Source: an uncultured cyanobacterium
GTDB taxonomy: Bacteria > Cyanobacteriota > Cyanobacteriia > Cyanobacteriales > Microcystaceae
Direction: 5' to 3'
Length of the DNA stretch: 64,000 nucleotides
Assembly: GCA_963807635.1 (NCBI GenBank)
Contig: CAWEDJ010000067.1
Span: forward strand, 1 to 64,000
Shown here: positions 10,629 through 22,329 of the stretch, piece after piece
How the letters are laid out: the number at the start of each line of letters is the position of its first letter
How positions within the stretch are numbered: position 1 is the first letter of the stretch
Translations under genes and position numbers: made by a program
The notes under the pieces: generated by a model
What the model saw: the letters and a program-made list of their open reading frames with translations, nothing else
What the model was told of the DNA's origin: nothing
Database searches by the model: none

Positions 10629-12278
10629 GAGCTTGCTGAAAAAAGCTGAAAGCCTTATAAGAAAAGAGATGAGGGGATTTAGAGAGCAAAAAAAGTGCAA
10701 AAAAAAGGTCTAAAATGAGTGAAAAGGCTTGCACCCCTCCCCTTCCAGAGCATTGAACGATGTACCCCAAAAAAGAATCCGAAAAATCGACTGTTGAAAA
10801 CTTCAAAATACCAAGTGAGTGGAAGCCAAAAGAAGAAAATCGTTGGGTAATCATGTCAAAAATAATTCCGTGGGAGGAATTTGAAGAAGAATATGCAAAA
10901 CAATTTTCAGAAAATAAAGGAGCGACAGCCAAACCATTTAGGATGGCATTAGGGTCATTAATAATAAAAGAAATATTGAGAATAAGTGACCGAGAAACAG
11001 TAGAACAAATAAAAGAAAACCCTTACTTACAATATTTTATAGGACTAGAAGTATATGAAAATGAGGAGGCATTTGATGCGTCACTGTTAGTACATTTCCG
11101 TCAAAGAATAGGAATGGACTTGGTGAATCAAATAAATAAAGCAATGGTAAAAAAAGAAGAAGAAATATTATCAGAAGTAAAAGAAAAAAGTGAAGGGGAA
11201 AATCAGAATAGAGGAAAGCTATTAATAGATGCAACCTGTGCACCAGCAGACATCAAATATCCAACAGATATAGGAATCTTGAATGAGGCAAGAGAAAAAA
11301 CCGAAAAAATAATAGACAACTTGTATAAAAAAACTAAAAAAAAAGGAAAAAAACCAAGAACCTATAGAATAAGAGCCAGAAAAGATTACTTAAAATTGTC
11401 AAAAAAACGCCGTCCGTCGAGAAAAGAAAGGAGAAAGGGCATAAAAAAACAAATCCAATATATCAAAAGAAACCTTTCCCATATAGAAAAATTAAGAGAA
11501 GATAAAGAGGTCGCAAAATTAAGTAAAAAAGACGAAAAGATACTGTCGATAATACAAAAAGCCTATGAGCAACAAGTAGGAATGTATGAAAATAAAGAAA
11601 ATAAGGTAGAAAATAGAATTGTGAGTTTGACTCAACCTCATGTTCGTCCCATTGTTAGAGGAAAAGCGGGAACGCCAGTAGAGTTTGGTGCAAAACTATC
11701 AGCAAGTTATGTGAATGGATATCTTTATTTATACCGATTAAGTTGGGATAATTATAATGAATCAGGCGACTTCAAAGGACAAATAGAAGAGTTTAAACGT
11801 GAGACAGGCTACTATCCCCAGTCTGTTCATGCTGATGCAATCTATCGCACAAGGGAAAATCGCGCTTTTTGTAAGGAGAAGGGAATTCGATTGAGTGGCC
11901 CACCCTTGGGAAGACGACCCACAAATATTAGTCCAGAAAAAAAGAAAGAAGCTCTTCAAGATGAAAGAGACCGTAATGCTATTGAAGGCAAATTTGGTCA
12001 AGCAAAGAGACGATTTAGCCTCAATCGAGTTATGACAAAACTTCCTGATACCTCTGAAACCGCTATTGCTATCACCTTTTTAGTCATCAATCTTTTTGCC
12101 CTGCTTCGGCAGGTTTTACGTTTTTTTTGTCTTTTTCGGAAGAAGAGCTTATTTTTCTGCCCTCTTATTAGCCCAGCTTATGCTTTGTGTTGACAATTCA
12201 TTTAACCCTTATGTTTTACTCGCCTTAAATTCATAAATTAATCCCCTCTTCCTGTTTTTTGACTTTTTCAGCAAGCCC
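10629..12278 (+). mobile_element. IS5-family insertion sequence (~1650 bp)
   Basis: IRL GAGCTTGCTGAAAAA / IRR(rc) GGGCTTGCTGAAAAA; 6-bp target duplication TAAATA. Confidence 0.92.
10760..12193 (+). CDS. IS5-family DDE transposase
   Basis: LIDATCAPADI, VEFGAK, ADAIY and RNAIEGKFGQAKR motifs. Confidence 0.95.
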   Translation: MYPKKESEKSTVENFKIPSEWKPKEENRWVIMSKIIPWEEFEEEYAKQFSENKGATAKPFRMALGSLIIKEILRISDRETVEQIKENPYLQYFIGLEVYENEEAFDASLLVHFRQRIGMDLVNQINKAMVKKEEEILSEVKEKSEGENQNRGKLLIDATCAPADIKYPTDIGILNEAREKTEKIIDNLYKKTKKKGKKPRTYRIRARKDYLKLSKKRRPSRKERRKGIKKQIQYIKRNLSHIEKLREDKEVAKLSKKDEKILSIIQKAYEQQVGMYENKENKVENRIVSLTQPHVRPIVRGKAGTPVEFGAKLSASYVNGYLYLYRLSWDNYNESGDFKGQIEEFKRETGYYPQSVHADAIYRTRENRAFCKEKGIRLSGPPLGRRPTNISPEKKKEALQDERDRNAIEGKFGQAKRRFSLNRVMTKLPDTSETAIAITFLVINLFALLRQVLRFFCLFRKKSLFFCPLISPAYALC

Positions 12279-12337
12279 TAAATAAAGTGCGTTACATTTC
12301 ATTAACACACCCTACTAGATACTGATCATTACAAATC

Positions 12338-13927
12338 TTAATCTCGTGTCCTAATTTCCATCTGTGTCGGCATAACCCAAAAAACCCCAGCCCCATTTAA
12401 GACCGAGCATTTTGTAAAGTGATTTTTTTTATTTAGATTAATATTCTTTAAACAAAGAGGACATTTAACTAATCTATTGTTTATAAATTCAGAATTGTAA
12501 TCTGTTTTTATAATCTGAATATAGTCATTTAATTCTTCAAATAAATCCGACTTACTTATATAAGATATGCTAAGAATTTTTTGCCTAATTATTTCTGCTA
12601 ATACAAACGATAGCCTATTTTTTTCCTGATTTAATCTTCTATTTCTATCATATTCTATCTCCAACTGTATTTTTTTAAGCGTTATTTGTTCATCATAAAT
12701 TTCTTGTTTTTGTTTACGTTGATCTTCAATTTGTTTACGTTGATCTTGAATTTTTTGGAAATATAATAGTTTATTTTGACGTATATCTTCAGATTCTTGA
12801 ATTAAGAAGTTAAGCTCAAAATTTGATAAAAATAATTTTGATAAGAATTCCTCGACCTGATTTTCAACAAAGATTAACTTTTGCACTGAATAGTGTAAGT
12901 ATTTTTTCTCGTATAACTTATTAATTTTCCAGTAAATATTCAATACTTTTTTATTTTTACTAACGTTTGATATTGACTCATCAATTTTTAATATTTCAGC
13001 TATTTTTTGACTTCTCTTACATATAGGAGGTAGCTTTCTGCTTCTATAAAAATCTTCATAAATAATTATCGTTAAATCAGGCTCTATCGAAAATTTATAA
13101 TCATTAAAACTATTATCTAAAAAACTAGATTTTTGGTTTGCTGAGTATTTAGACACACCAATTTTAATATAAATATTTAATTTTTTTTCATTAAAAATAA
13201 GCGGAGTATTTGTGATTTTATTTGTCTTTTTATCAGAAGAAATTGATATAGATCTTCTTTTTTCACCACTATACATAGAAAGATGATAGACCCAATCAAC
13301 TTTAAATAAAAACACGAAAATATTAAATATAATTTTTTCTTTTTCCATATTTTTTTGGTTATAAAGAATAAAATTAATAATTCGTAACAATATTGAAGCT
13401 GTATATGGCAAAGTTAAATAGTCAATGACTTCAGCAAGAATTAGCTTTTGTAGCTCTAGATCATCTTTGTTAGTGAAAACATTATCAGGCAATGTATTTA
13501 ATTCAGATATTAATTCTTTTTTATGATGTTTAAATTCTTTAATATAATCATTAACTAAGTCTTCATATATTGCTTCATTTTTATTTATTAAAACATCGTA
13601 TTTAAAATCATGGTAAGTATTTGAGATTATATCTATAAAAAATTGTTGAAACAGAATTTTTCTCTGATTTTTACCTTCAATAGTTAATTCTCGCCAACAA
13701 TGTAGATTATAAGAGGAAGATCTTAACACACATATTTCTTGGCTATTTTTGTTCGTTTTATATAACTTAAAGTGGGCAAAGTGTGGACTTTTATTATCTC
13801 CATGTTTGAGAAGCACTTCTTCTCCACAATTTAAACATCTTAAGCCCAATTTTTGATAATCGTTATAATCAACTTCGTCCGCTCTAATTATAACTCCCCC
13901 TAGATAAATTGATTTAGCATAAAACAT
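12338..13927 (-). CDS. Very AT-rich hypothetical protein with N-terminal CoiA-like Zn finger
   Basis: LRCLNCGEEV..HFAH..C; C-terminal CPLC..H..KC; no HIP1 sites seen. Confidence 0.65.
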   Translation of the reverse strand: MFYAKSIYLGGVIIRADEVDYNDYQKLGLRCLNCGEEVLLKHGDNKSPHFAHFKLYKTNKNSQEICVLRSSSYNLHCWRELTIEGKNQRKILFQQFFIDIISNTYHDFKYDVLINKNEAIYEDLVNDYIKEFKHHKKELISELNTLPDNVFTNKDDLELQKLILAEVIDYLTLPYTASILLRIINFILYNQKNMEKEKIIFNIFVFLFKVDWVYHLSMYSGEKRRSISISSDKKTNKITNTPLIFNEKKLNIYIKIGVSKYSANQKSSFLDNSFNDYKFSIEPDLTIIIYEDFYRSRKLPPICKRSQKIAEILKIDESISNVSKNKKVLNIYWKINKLYEKKYLHYSVQKLIFVENQVEEFLSKLFLSNFELNFLIQESEDIRQNKLLYFQKIQDQRKQIEDQRKQKQEIYDEQITLKKIQLEIEYDRNRRLNQEKNRLSFVLAEIIRQKILSISYISKSDLFEELNDYIQIIKTDYNSEFINNRLVKCPLCLKNINLNKKNHFTKCSVLNGAGVFWVMPTQMEIRTRD

Positions 13928-14208
13928 ATAGTTATAAAATTAATTGGATAGATTTCAAGAAAATTCTAATACATTAAATAAATTATACATAAAAAAAATA
14001 TCTCGTGTCTTAATTTCCATCTACGTCGTCATAATCCCTACTAAGGAACAATTGGCGAATCGCAAGTAACCTCTGTACCAAATAAAATTTTTCGGCAGTC
14101 GATGTGCATTAGAATTGTTGGCCTGCACTTTGCAACAATCTTTTATTTCAATTGTACATCTATGTTGCCTTCAACCATCTTCAGAATATGCCAAGTTAGG
14201 CGCAGTAA

Positions 14209-14568
14209 CTATTCCCAATATTTTTGTTGTATCGCTTCTAAAATGTAAGCCATCAGTAAAGACAAACCTGAACTCTGTATACCATATTTGTCTTTTTCAT
14301 CTCCCTCCATACCGAATGCAACATCACTTAAAGCATTTAGAAGCCCATCTCGTTGCTTAAGGGAAGCTCCCTTATTGCGTTCAAGGAAAAAACTGAGATC
14401 TAAAACTCCAGGAAGCTTTTCGTCCAACAGTTCAAACAGATTTTTTTCTTCTAAGCCCTTGTAAACGTCATTAAATGAAATTTTATTTCCGTGTCCTTTT
14501 TCGATAGCCGCATTTACCTGCCTTCCTAACAAGCACAGCATAGAAAGCAAAGGCTTCTGTTCTGACAT
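14209..14568 (-). CDS. Hypothetical protein
   Basis: 119-aa ORF with protein-like composition. Confidence 0.55.
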   Translation of the reverse strand: MSEQKPLLSMLCLLGRQVNAAIEKGHGNKISFNDVYKGLEEKNLFELLDEKLPGVLDLSFFLERNKGASLKQRDGLLNALSDVAFGMEGDEKDKYGIQSSGLSLLMAYILEAIQQKYWE

Positions 14569-14928
14569 ACATTACACCACTAATACAAAAATTGATCGAA
14601 TAGCTTTATTTTAGCGCGATCACCACTTTTGTAGGATACGTTAATTTATTCAAGCGATCGCATTCATTCAAAGATTTGTCGTGAATATCAAAGCTTTTTC
14701 GTTATAGCAGATTAACTCGTTGGCGTGAAACTTAGGTTCCATGCTTATCTGTGATCGCCAACTTTAGCGTGTCCCTTGCGATCGCCCGTTTTTTTATAAA
14801 GATTATCTAACCATTTTAAATATTTTCTGTTTATCGCGATCGCGGCAGATGGTTTAAAAACTGTCTATAATCCGACCGTCAGAGCAGACTAAGTTATCCG
14901 TTATTGCGATCGCATCTTCGGTCACAAC

Positions 14929-16023
14929 TTAATTCGTAGCATTAGCTAATTCCGCTAACTGTTCCTGTTGATCTTGGGAAATACAGGATTGAATAATTTC
15001 TTCCACATCCCCTTCCAAAATGGGCGAGAGAGAAAAGTTTTTCCCTAAACGATGATCTGTAACCCGATTATCTTTGTAGTTATAAGTCCGAATTTTCTCG
15101 GAACGGGAACCCGTCCCCACCTGCGATCGCCGCATAGAACTCACTTCTGCCTGTTGTTCCTGGAGTTTAAGGTCATAGAGCTTCGCCCGTAGAATTTGCA
15201 TCGCCCGTTCTCGGTTTTGGAGCTGCGATCGCTCTTCCGTACAAAAAATGCGAATTCCCGTCGGTTTGTGCATCAAATCAACGGCAGTTTCTACCTTGTT
15301 CACATTTTGTCCCCCCGCGCCCCCCGAACGAGCAGTAGTCATCTCAATATCCTTGGGATCAATGTGAATTTCCACATCATCGACTTCGGGCATAATCGCT
15401 ACCGTTGCGGTGGAGGTATGTACCCGTCCGCCAGATTCCGTCACAGGCACACGCTGAACCCGATGCACCCCCGCCTCAAATTTCAATTTACTGTAAACCT
15501 GTTCCCCCTTAATTTCTAAAATTGCTTCTTTAAAGCCGCCCATTTCTGCTAAGGATTCACTCAGTAAGCTCACTTTCCAGCCCACTGTTTCGGCATAACG
15601 AGAGTACATCCGCACCAAATCTCCCGCCCAAATACTGGCTTCATCACCGCCCGTACCTGCCCGAATTTCTAACATGATATTTTTGTCATCGTTGGGGTCA
15701 CGGGGCAACAAAAGAATTGTCAGTTGATGCTCTAATTGTGCTAATTTTTCTTCTAATTCTTCTACCTCTAAACTAGCCATTTCCCGCATTTCGGGGTCAC
15801 TATTGGCTTCCTTGAGGATTAAACGAGAATCTGCCAAATCTTCCTTTGTTTTTTTCCAAATCTCGTAGGTATTAACCGTTTGTTCTAGGGATGAACGAGT
15901 TCTCGCCACCTTTTGAAATTCGTCTGGATTGGTCGCAACATCGGGGTCGGCTAACAAACGAGTCAACTCCTCAAATGTTTGTTCAACCGATTGTAGTTTG
16001 TCCAGTAGATAAGTTTCAGCCAT
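14929..16023 (-). CDS. prfA: Peptide chain release factor 1
   Basis: PVT tripeptide and GAGGQNVNK motif. Confidence 0.97.
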   Translation of the reverse strand: MAETYLLDKLQSVEQTFEELTRLLADPDVATNPDEFQKVARTRSSLEQTVNTYEIWKKTKEDLADSRLILKEANSDPEMREMASLEVEELEEKLAQLEHQLTILLLPRDPNDDKNIMLEIRAGTGGDEASIWAGDLVRMYSRYAETVGWKVSLLSESLAEMGGFKEAILEIKGEQVYSKLKFEAGVHRVQRVPVTESGGRVHTSTATVAIMPEVDDVEIHIDPKDIEMTTARSGGAGGQNVNKVETAVDLMHKPTGIRIFCTEERSQLQNRERAMQILRAKLYDLKLQEQQAEVSSMRRSQVGTGSRSEKIRTYNYKDNRVTDHRLGKNFSLSPILEGDVEEIIQSCISQDQQEQLAELANATN

Positions 16024-16126
16024 TTTACACTGTGTATCGATACTCTTTAGGGTTTTATTATAACCTGAGTTCAGTCGATTCTTGAAGTATTCTCTAGGCT
16101 GAGAGCGTAGGAGGTACGGATAGCTC

Positions 16127-16939
16127 TTAAGTTTCTAAACGAGAGGAAAGTAACTTTAATTTCCCTCCACAGGCTTTACAATAAACCGCATCAATATCAT
16201 GAATTGCTAAATCACAATCAGGACAACCTTTTGCAGAATTATTAGTGGTTTTGAGTAATTGTTTGACCAAATCTCCCACTTGCCAAGGAATTAACACAAT
16301 TCCCGTTAAAATCATGAAAATGGTGATCAATCTTCCCATTGGAGAAAAAGGAAGAATATCCCCAAAACCCACCGTCGTCATGGTGACAACACAATAATAA
16401 AGCGCGTCAAAAAAATTATCGAATAATTCTGGATTATTAGGATTTTCGACTTGATAAATGAGTCCAGAATAGATAAATAACGTGGAAAATAGAACTAAAT
16501 ATATCCGAATAAAAATGACCTGATCTTTGACTTTAAATTTAACCGCAAACAGATCACTATTGCTTAAACGAATTAATTTCAGCAGACGAAACCAACGAAA
16601 AATCCTGAAAAAACGAACATTAATCCCCCATAAAAATAAAGGAATGATTGAAATTAGGTCAATAAGAGAAAAGAAATCAACCACAAATTTAAGCCGCGAT
16701 TTAGCTGACCAAAATCTTAAACCATATTCGATCGCAAATAAAATTAGAACGAACTGGTCTAAATAATTAAGAATTTCGCGAAATTGGGGAGAAATTGAAT
16801 AGGTTTGAATAACAAAAATAATCAGGGATAATATGGACAAAGCCAAGATCGCGAGATTGATCCCAAAACCAATGGGAGTATTGACTTCTTCAAAATATCC
16901 CCCTATTTTTTCCCGATAATTAGGTTGAGAATCCGTCAT
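16127..16939 (-). CDS. Voltage-gated-type K+ channel with C-terminal Zn ribbon
   Basis: TTVGFGD filter, [14 protein letters not shown]4 helix, CPDC/CKAC. Confidence 0.88.
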   Translation of the reverse strand: MTDSQPNYREKIGGYFEEVNTPIGFGINLAILALSILSLIIFVIQTYSISPQFREILNYLDQFVLILFAIEYGLRFWSAKSRLKFVVDFFSLIDLISIIPLFLWGINVRFFRIFRWFRLLKLIRLSNSDLFAVKFKVKDQVIFIRIYLVLFSTLFIYSGLIYQVENPNNPELFDNFFDALYYCVVTMTTVGFGDILPFSPMGRLITIFMILTGIVLIPWQVGDLVKQLLKTTNNSAKGCPDCDLAIHDIDAVYCKACGGKLKLLSSRLET

Positions 16940-16952
16940 CTTTATTATGATC

Positions 16953-17729
16953 TTAAAATACGTCTTTCATTCCCCGCAATTTCCCGAAAACTCTGGCGGG
17001 TTCCGTCAAGCCCATTGCTTTTTTCAGGGCCTCGCTGTCCCATCTTAAAAAAGGATTGGTGCGTTTTTCGACTCCTAATAAGGAGGGAATGGTCGCTTCT
17101 CCCCGCGATCGCAGTTCTTGGACTTGGTGATAACGGTTTTGCAGGTCGGTATTGTCGGGATCAACGGTGACAGCAAATTTGAGGTTGCCTAAGGTGTATT
17201 CATGGGCGCACCATACTCGCGTATTATCGGGTAATTGGCGTAATTTGCCAATAGAATCGACCATTTGGGCAGGAGTTCCTTCAAAGAGACGGCCACAGCC
17301 CCCCGCAAAAATCGTATCCCCACAAAACAGTTCGCCTGTTTCTTCAGAGGATGAAGGTGGGAAATAGTAGGCAATATGGGCGCGGGTATGACCTGGAATA
17401 AAGAAAACTTCTGCTGTTCGATCGCTGAATGGGACGCGATCGCCTTCCTGGAGATAAACCATTTGACCTGGAATTCTACCCCGATCCTCTGCGCCACCAT
17501 AGACCGTTAATTGGGGAAATTTTGCTATTAAAGCTTGATTTGCTCCCACGTGATCGCCGTGATGATGGGTATTAAAAATGGCGACTAATTCTGCTCCTAA
17601 TTCTGTCAAACAATCCAACACAGGCTCAGGCTCGGCGGGATCGACAACGGCGGCAATATTTTTCTGGGGATCATGCAGTAAGAAAATATAATTATCGGAT
17701 AGGGCGGGAAGGCGTTTGACTTGTAACAT
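16953..17729 (-). CDS. gloB: Hydroxyacylglutathione hydrolase
   Basis: THHHGDH, GHT, CAHEYT and TNPFLR motifs. Confidence 0.95.
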   Translation of the reverse strand: MLQVKRLPALSDNYIFLLHDPQKNIAAVVDPAEPEPVLDCLTELGAELVAIFNTHHHGDHVGANQALIAKFPQLTVYGGAEDRGRIPGQMVYLQEGDRVPFSDRTAEVFFIPGHTRAHIAYYFPPSSSEETGELFCGDTIFAGGCGRLFEGTPAQMVDSIGKLRQLPDNTRVWCAHEYTLGNLKFAVTVDPDNTDLQNRYHQVQELRSRGEATIPSLLGVEKRTNPFLRWDSEALKKAMGLTEPARVFGKLRGMKDVF

Positions 17730-17837
17730 AGTTTTATAAAATGGAATTCTCTCACTTATGGTAACGATATTCTAGGGTTTTCTGGCTCAAACGTTCCCCA
17801 AAATCAGTCTTTTCATTCGCCCCCTCATACAACGCCC

Positions 17838-18529
17838 ATGAATTCAGACCGCATTATTGTTCCCCTCGATGTTCCAACCCTCGAAGCCGCGATCGCCTTG
17901 GTTGATCGACTGCCCGAAGTCACCTTTTGGAAAGTTGGCTTAGAACTCTTCGTCAGTACGGGGCAGAAATATTACACATTTTAAAAGACCGCGATAAACG
18001 CATTTTTTTAGACCTAAAATTTCACGATATTCCTAACACGGTGATGTCCGCTTGTCGTTCAGCCAGTGAGTATGGCGTAGATTTATTAACACTCCATGCA
18101 ACGGCGGGAAGAAGTGCCTTGAAATTAGCGGCGGATGCCATGATTCAGTCCCAATCTTCCACTAAACTGTTAGCGATTACGCTTTTAACCAGTTTGATTT
18201 CACGGGATTTAGCTTTTGATCTTAAAGTTCCCTTAGAATTACCTGAATACGTTTTAGAAATGGCCCTGATGGCTAAAGAATCGGGCATTCACGGAGCCGT
18301 CTGTTCTCCCCAGGAAGTCCGTCAATTGCGAGATGTTTGTGGCTCGGATTATCTTCTTGTTTGTCCAGGGGTCAGACCGCTCTGGGCCAGTAGTGGGGAT
18401 CAACGCCGCGTCATGACTCCAAAGGAGGCGATCGCCGCAGGAGCAGATTATTTAGTCATCGGTCGTCCAATTACCGCCGCACCTTCACCCGCCGAAGCAT
18501 GGGAAAAAATTTGTCAAGAAATTGCTTAA
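17838..18529 (+). CDS. pyrF: Orotidine-5'-phosphate decarboxylase (frameshift near 17960)
   Basis: IIVPLD..KVGLELF, then [16 protein letters not shown] and VIGRPI. Confidence 0.93.
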
Positions 18530-19140
18530 AAGTTTCTATCAATCTGGGGATCTTGGGTCTTTTAAATTTCATGGTTGTCAGTCAATCCGCGATCGCTCAA
18601 GAAACTGCTTCTCGGTCTGCCTGTCCCCAAAAATTAGCCGATCTAGCCCCCCAAATGTTGGCTGATTTACCCAGTTATACTAATCGGGTGATTCAACGTA
18701 GCATCATCAACCATACGCAAAACTTGATGCCCCGCAACTATGTGATCGTCGCCAGTCATCCTGAATTGGAGCCATTACCTCTAATTAACCGACAATTTCA
18801 ACCCGTTTTTCCTGACACTTCTCAACAGCTTTTTTTTACTCTTTTAGAGCGGCAATATGCTACTCAAAGAGTTATCGAATTACAAAACCATTATTGGGCT
18901 TTTTTTGATTTAACCGATCAGCAATGGCGTTTAATTCTGTTGTTTTCTCAGCCATCTTCCTGGGATAAAAATGAGCCGTTTGGGTTGACCCAGGAATCCG
19001 AGAATAGCGCGATCGCCCAGGCAATCAATCTATGGTTACGAGATTGTAATGCGGGAGCCATTAAATTTCCAATAGCCGAGAAAAATTCAGAAAAAACCAA
19101 TTTTGACGGAGCTAATTTAGAGCCTGAGCCGTCACCCTGA
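18499..19140 (+). CDS. Conserved cyanobacterial exported hypothetical protein
   Basis: Signal-like N-terminus; [12 protein letters not shown] and WLRDC motifs. Confidence 0.7.
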   Translation: MGKNLSRNCLKVSINLGILGLLNFMVVSQSAIAQETASRSACPQKLADLAPQMLADLPSYTNRVIQRSIINHTQNLMPRNYVIVASHPELEPLPLINRQFQPVFPDTSQQLFFTLLERQYATQRVIELQNHYWAFFDLTDQQWRLILLFSQPSSWDKNEPFGLTQESENSAIAQAINLWLRDCNAGAIKFPIAEKNSEKTNFDGANLEPEPSP

Positions 19141-19210
19141 TTCACAACTTAAGGTAGGATAGGAAACAGTTTATTTGCATCATTAATCCTAATCTAACCC
19201 CCAAAATCCT

Positions 19211-20345
19211 GTGGCACATTCGGACTCTTCCCCTAACTCCCTAGCTCGTACTCCGCTTTTTGACCTAATTGTTGAACAAAAAGCCAAAATGACCGAATTT
19301 TCTGGTTGGGAAATGCCCGTTCAGTTTACGGGTTTAAAACAAGAACACAGCGCGATCCGCAATGGTGTCGGGATGTTTGATATTTCCCACATGGGTAAAT
19401 TTGTGATGCAGGGTAAGGATTTGCTCGCCGAATTACAAAAGTTAGTTCCCTCGGATTTAAGTCGTTTACAGGTGGGATTGGCTCAATATACGGTTTTGCT
19501 CAATGAAAGCGCGGGCATTATTGACGACATTATCATTTACTATCAGGGAGAAACGGCATCAGGAGAACAGCTTGCCACCATTATTGTCAATGCGGGGACG
19601 ATGGAAAAGGATAAAGCCTGGTTTTTATCCCATTTAGATACTAATAAACTAAATTTTGAAGATTTATCCGCAGATAAGGCCCTAATTGCGATCCAAGGGC
19701 CAAAAGCCTTGACCACGCTGCAAGCCCTCGTTACGGAAAATTTGGCGGACTTGCCTGCCTTTGGTCATTTAGAAACCACTATTTTTGATGAGCCTGCCTT
19801 TATTGCTCGCACAGGCTATACAGGGGAAGACGGTTTTGAGATTATGGTCGATCCTGATGTTGCTGAGACCCTATGGCGATCGCTCTTGGGGGCGGGGGTG
19901 ATTCCCTGTGGACTAGGGGCGCGGGATACCTTGAGACTAGAAGCGGCTATGTGCCTCTATGGTCAAGACATCGATGACACGACAACGCCCCTCAGAAGCA
20001 GGATTGGGCTGGTTAGTCCACCTAGATAGCGCAGGAGAGTTTATTGGGTGCGATATTTTGGCAGATCAGAAGCTAAATGGGGTAAAACGGCGTTTGGTGG
20101 GCTTAGAAATGGGCGGTCGGCATATTGCGCGACACGGTTATCCCGTTGTCATGGAAGGCGAAACCATCGGAGAAGTGACGAGCGGAACCCAGTCTCCTAC
20201 CCTCGAATCTGCGATCGCCCTGGCCTATGTCGCGACTCCTTTCAGTAAAATTGGTCAAACCTTAGAAGTAGAAATTCGAGGTAAAACCTATCCTGCAAAA
20301 GTGGTTAAAAAACCTTTTTATCGCTCTGCTCATAAGCCTAAATAA
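19211..20345 (+). CDS. gcvT: Glycine cleavage T protein (frameshift near 19990)
   Basis: FDISHMG, RTGYTGEDGFE, GLGARDTLRLEA and GEVTSG motifs. Confidence 0.95.
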
Positions 20346-20465
20346 ACCCAAAATATTGCATTAACTGATCCCCCCGCCTTTGGCTTCCCCCCTTATCAAG
20401 GGGGGCTAGGGGGGATCTCATTGATATTTACATCTGCATTTTAATCAAATTAAATTGGTATCGAA

Positions 20466-21642
20466 ATGTCAGAAAAATCACACCGATTAAAGCAAATCAT
20501 TCTAGCTAAAATTCAAGCTAATTCTGACAAACGCATCACCTTTGCTGAGTTTATGCGCCTTGGCTCTTTATCATCCCGACTATGGTTACTACAGTTCTGG
20601 TCAGGTGGCGATCGGAAATAAGGGAGATTTTTTTACGGCTTCTTCCCTGGGCGCAGATTTTGGCGAACTGTTGGCTGAACAATTCGCGGAAATATGGGTG
20701 ATTCTGGATCGTCCTGAAGCCTTTCAAGTCGTAGAAATGGGAGCAGGGTTAGGGGATTTAGCGATTGATATTTTAAATTATTGGCAATCAAATTATCCTG
20801 ATTTATTGCAAAATGTTGAATATAGTATTATTGAAGAATCACCGTCATTGATCGCCACACAACAAGAAAAATTGCAATCCTGGCGAGAAAAAGGAATTAA
20901 TTTAAGTTGGAAAAGTTGGTCAGGTTTAGCAAATAATTCAGTGACAGGCTGTTTTTTTAGTAATGAATTAATTGATGCGTTTCCTGTCCATCAAGTCATT
21001 TGGCAAGATCATCAATTGCAGGAAGTTTATGTTGGGGAAAATCGGGGGGAATTCATTGAAATTATTGCTGAACTTTCTACAACAGAATTATTAAATTATT
21101 TTCAGCAACTTCAAATTAATCTAGATTCAGGCGATTATCCTGAAGGTTATCGGACTGAGGTAAATTTACAAGCCTTAGATTGGTTGGATCGGATTGCTCA
21201 AAAATTAAAACAAGGCTATTTGTTAACCATTGATTATGGTTATTCTGCTCAAAAATATTACCATCCCCAACGTAGCCAGGGAACTTTGCAATGTTATTAT
21301 CAACATCGCTATCATTCCGATCCTTTTGTTAATTTGGGATTGCAAGATATTACGACCCATGTGAATTTTACTGCCCTAGAAAATCAGGGTAAATCTCTTG
21401 GTTTAGAAACTTTAAGATTTACAAACCAGGGTTTATTTTTAATGAGTCTCGGATTAGGCGATCGCCTGATGGAACTTTCGACAGGGAAATTCAGTGTTGC
21501 AGAAATCTTCAAACGGCGGGATGCTCTCCATCAATTGATTGATCCTACGGGACTGGGAAAATTTGGCGTTTTGTTACAAGGACAAGGGTTAAGCATCACC
21601 CAAAAAACGCGATCGCTCAAGGGATTTAGCCCAGAAAGATAA
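20466..21642 (+). CDS. NDUFAF7/MidA-type SAM-dependent methyltransferase (frameshift near 20553)
   Basis: ITFAEFM..ALYHP.YGYY, GDFFTA, EMGAG, SNELIDAFP, IDYG and QDITTHVNF motifs. Confidence 0.88.
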
Positions 21643-21778
21643 TATCGCTTGGATAAAGTTTTCAGGCGATCGCGATCCAAGGCGAGAGTTCTGCTCCAGT
21701 TGTGTCTCATTTTTGCTACACTAGTTTCAGCGTAGGCGACCCCATTGGCCGTCTATCCCTATCTTGAAAAGCTTCGAG

Positions 21779-21803
21779 AAGTGGGTTTAGCCCGCTTTTT
21801 TAT
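21779..21803 (+). terminator. Terminator-like hairpin in the rimP leader
   Basis: AAGTGGG-TTTAG-CCCGCTT followed by a T-run, just upstream of rimP. Confidence 0.55.
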
Positions 21804-21815
21804 TGTTCAACCGCG

Positions 21816-22278
21816 ATGACCCATCCTTTAATTCTCCCCATTCTTGACCTGGCGATACCGATCGCCGCCGAATTGGGTTTGGATATTGTGGACGTGGCGT
21901 TTCAGACCAACAAAAGGCCACCCATTCTACGGATAGACATTCGCAATCTCCAACAGGATACCAGCCTAGACGATTGCGAAAAAATGAGTCGGCCCTTAGA
22001 ACCCCATTTAGACTCGACCCCTGTGATCCCCGAAAACTACGTTCTAGAGGTTTCCAGTCCAGGGATTTCTCGCCAATTATCTCAGCGATCGCGATTTTAT
22101 CGCCTTCAAAGGATTTGGTGTACTCGTAACCAGTACCGAACCCTACGAAGGAAATCAACAATGGCAAGGAAGATTGCAGGGACGGGATGAAACCCAGGTT
22201 CATCTCAGTCTCAAAGGACGATCATTTTCCATTCCGCGTCATTTAGTCGCCAAAGTGCAATTAGATTCGCCATCTTAA
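21816..22278 (+). CDS. rimP: Ribosome maturation factor RimP (frameshift near 22080)
   Basis: LDDCEKMSR and YVLEVSSPG motifs; first gene before nusA. Confidence 0.93.
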
Positions 22279-22329
22279 GGAGAACCTGAACCAAGATGAT
22301 GTAATTACTTTTATTGGAGTTTACCACCG

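Noticed and set aside
9815..12320. CRISPR array or composite transposon from the 42-bp repeats
   Set aside because: Only 2-3 irregularly spaced copies, no spacers and no cas genes; REP palindromes fit better.
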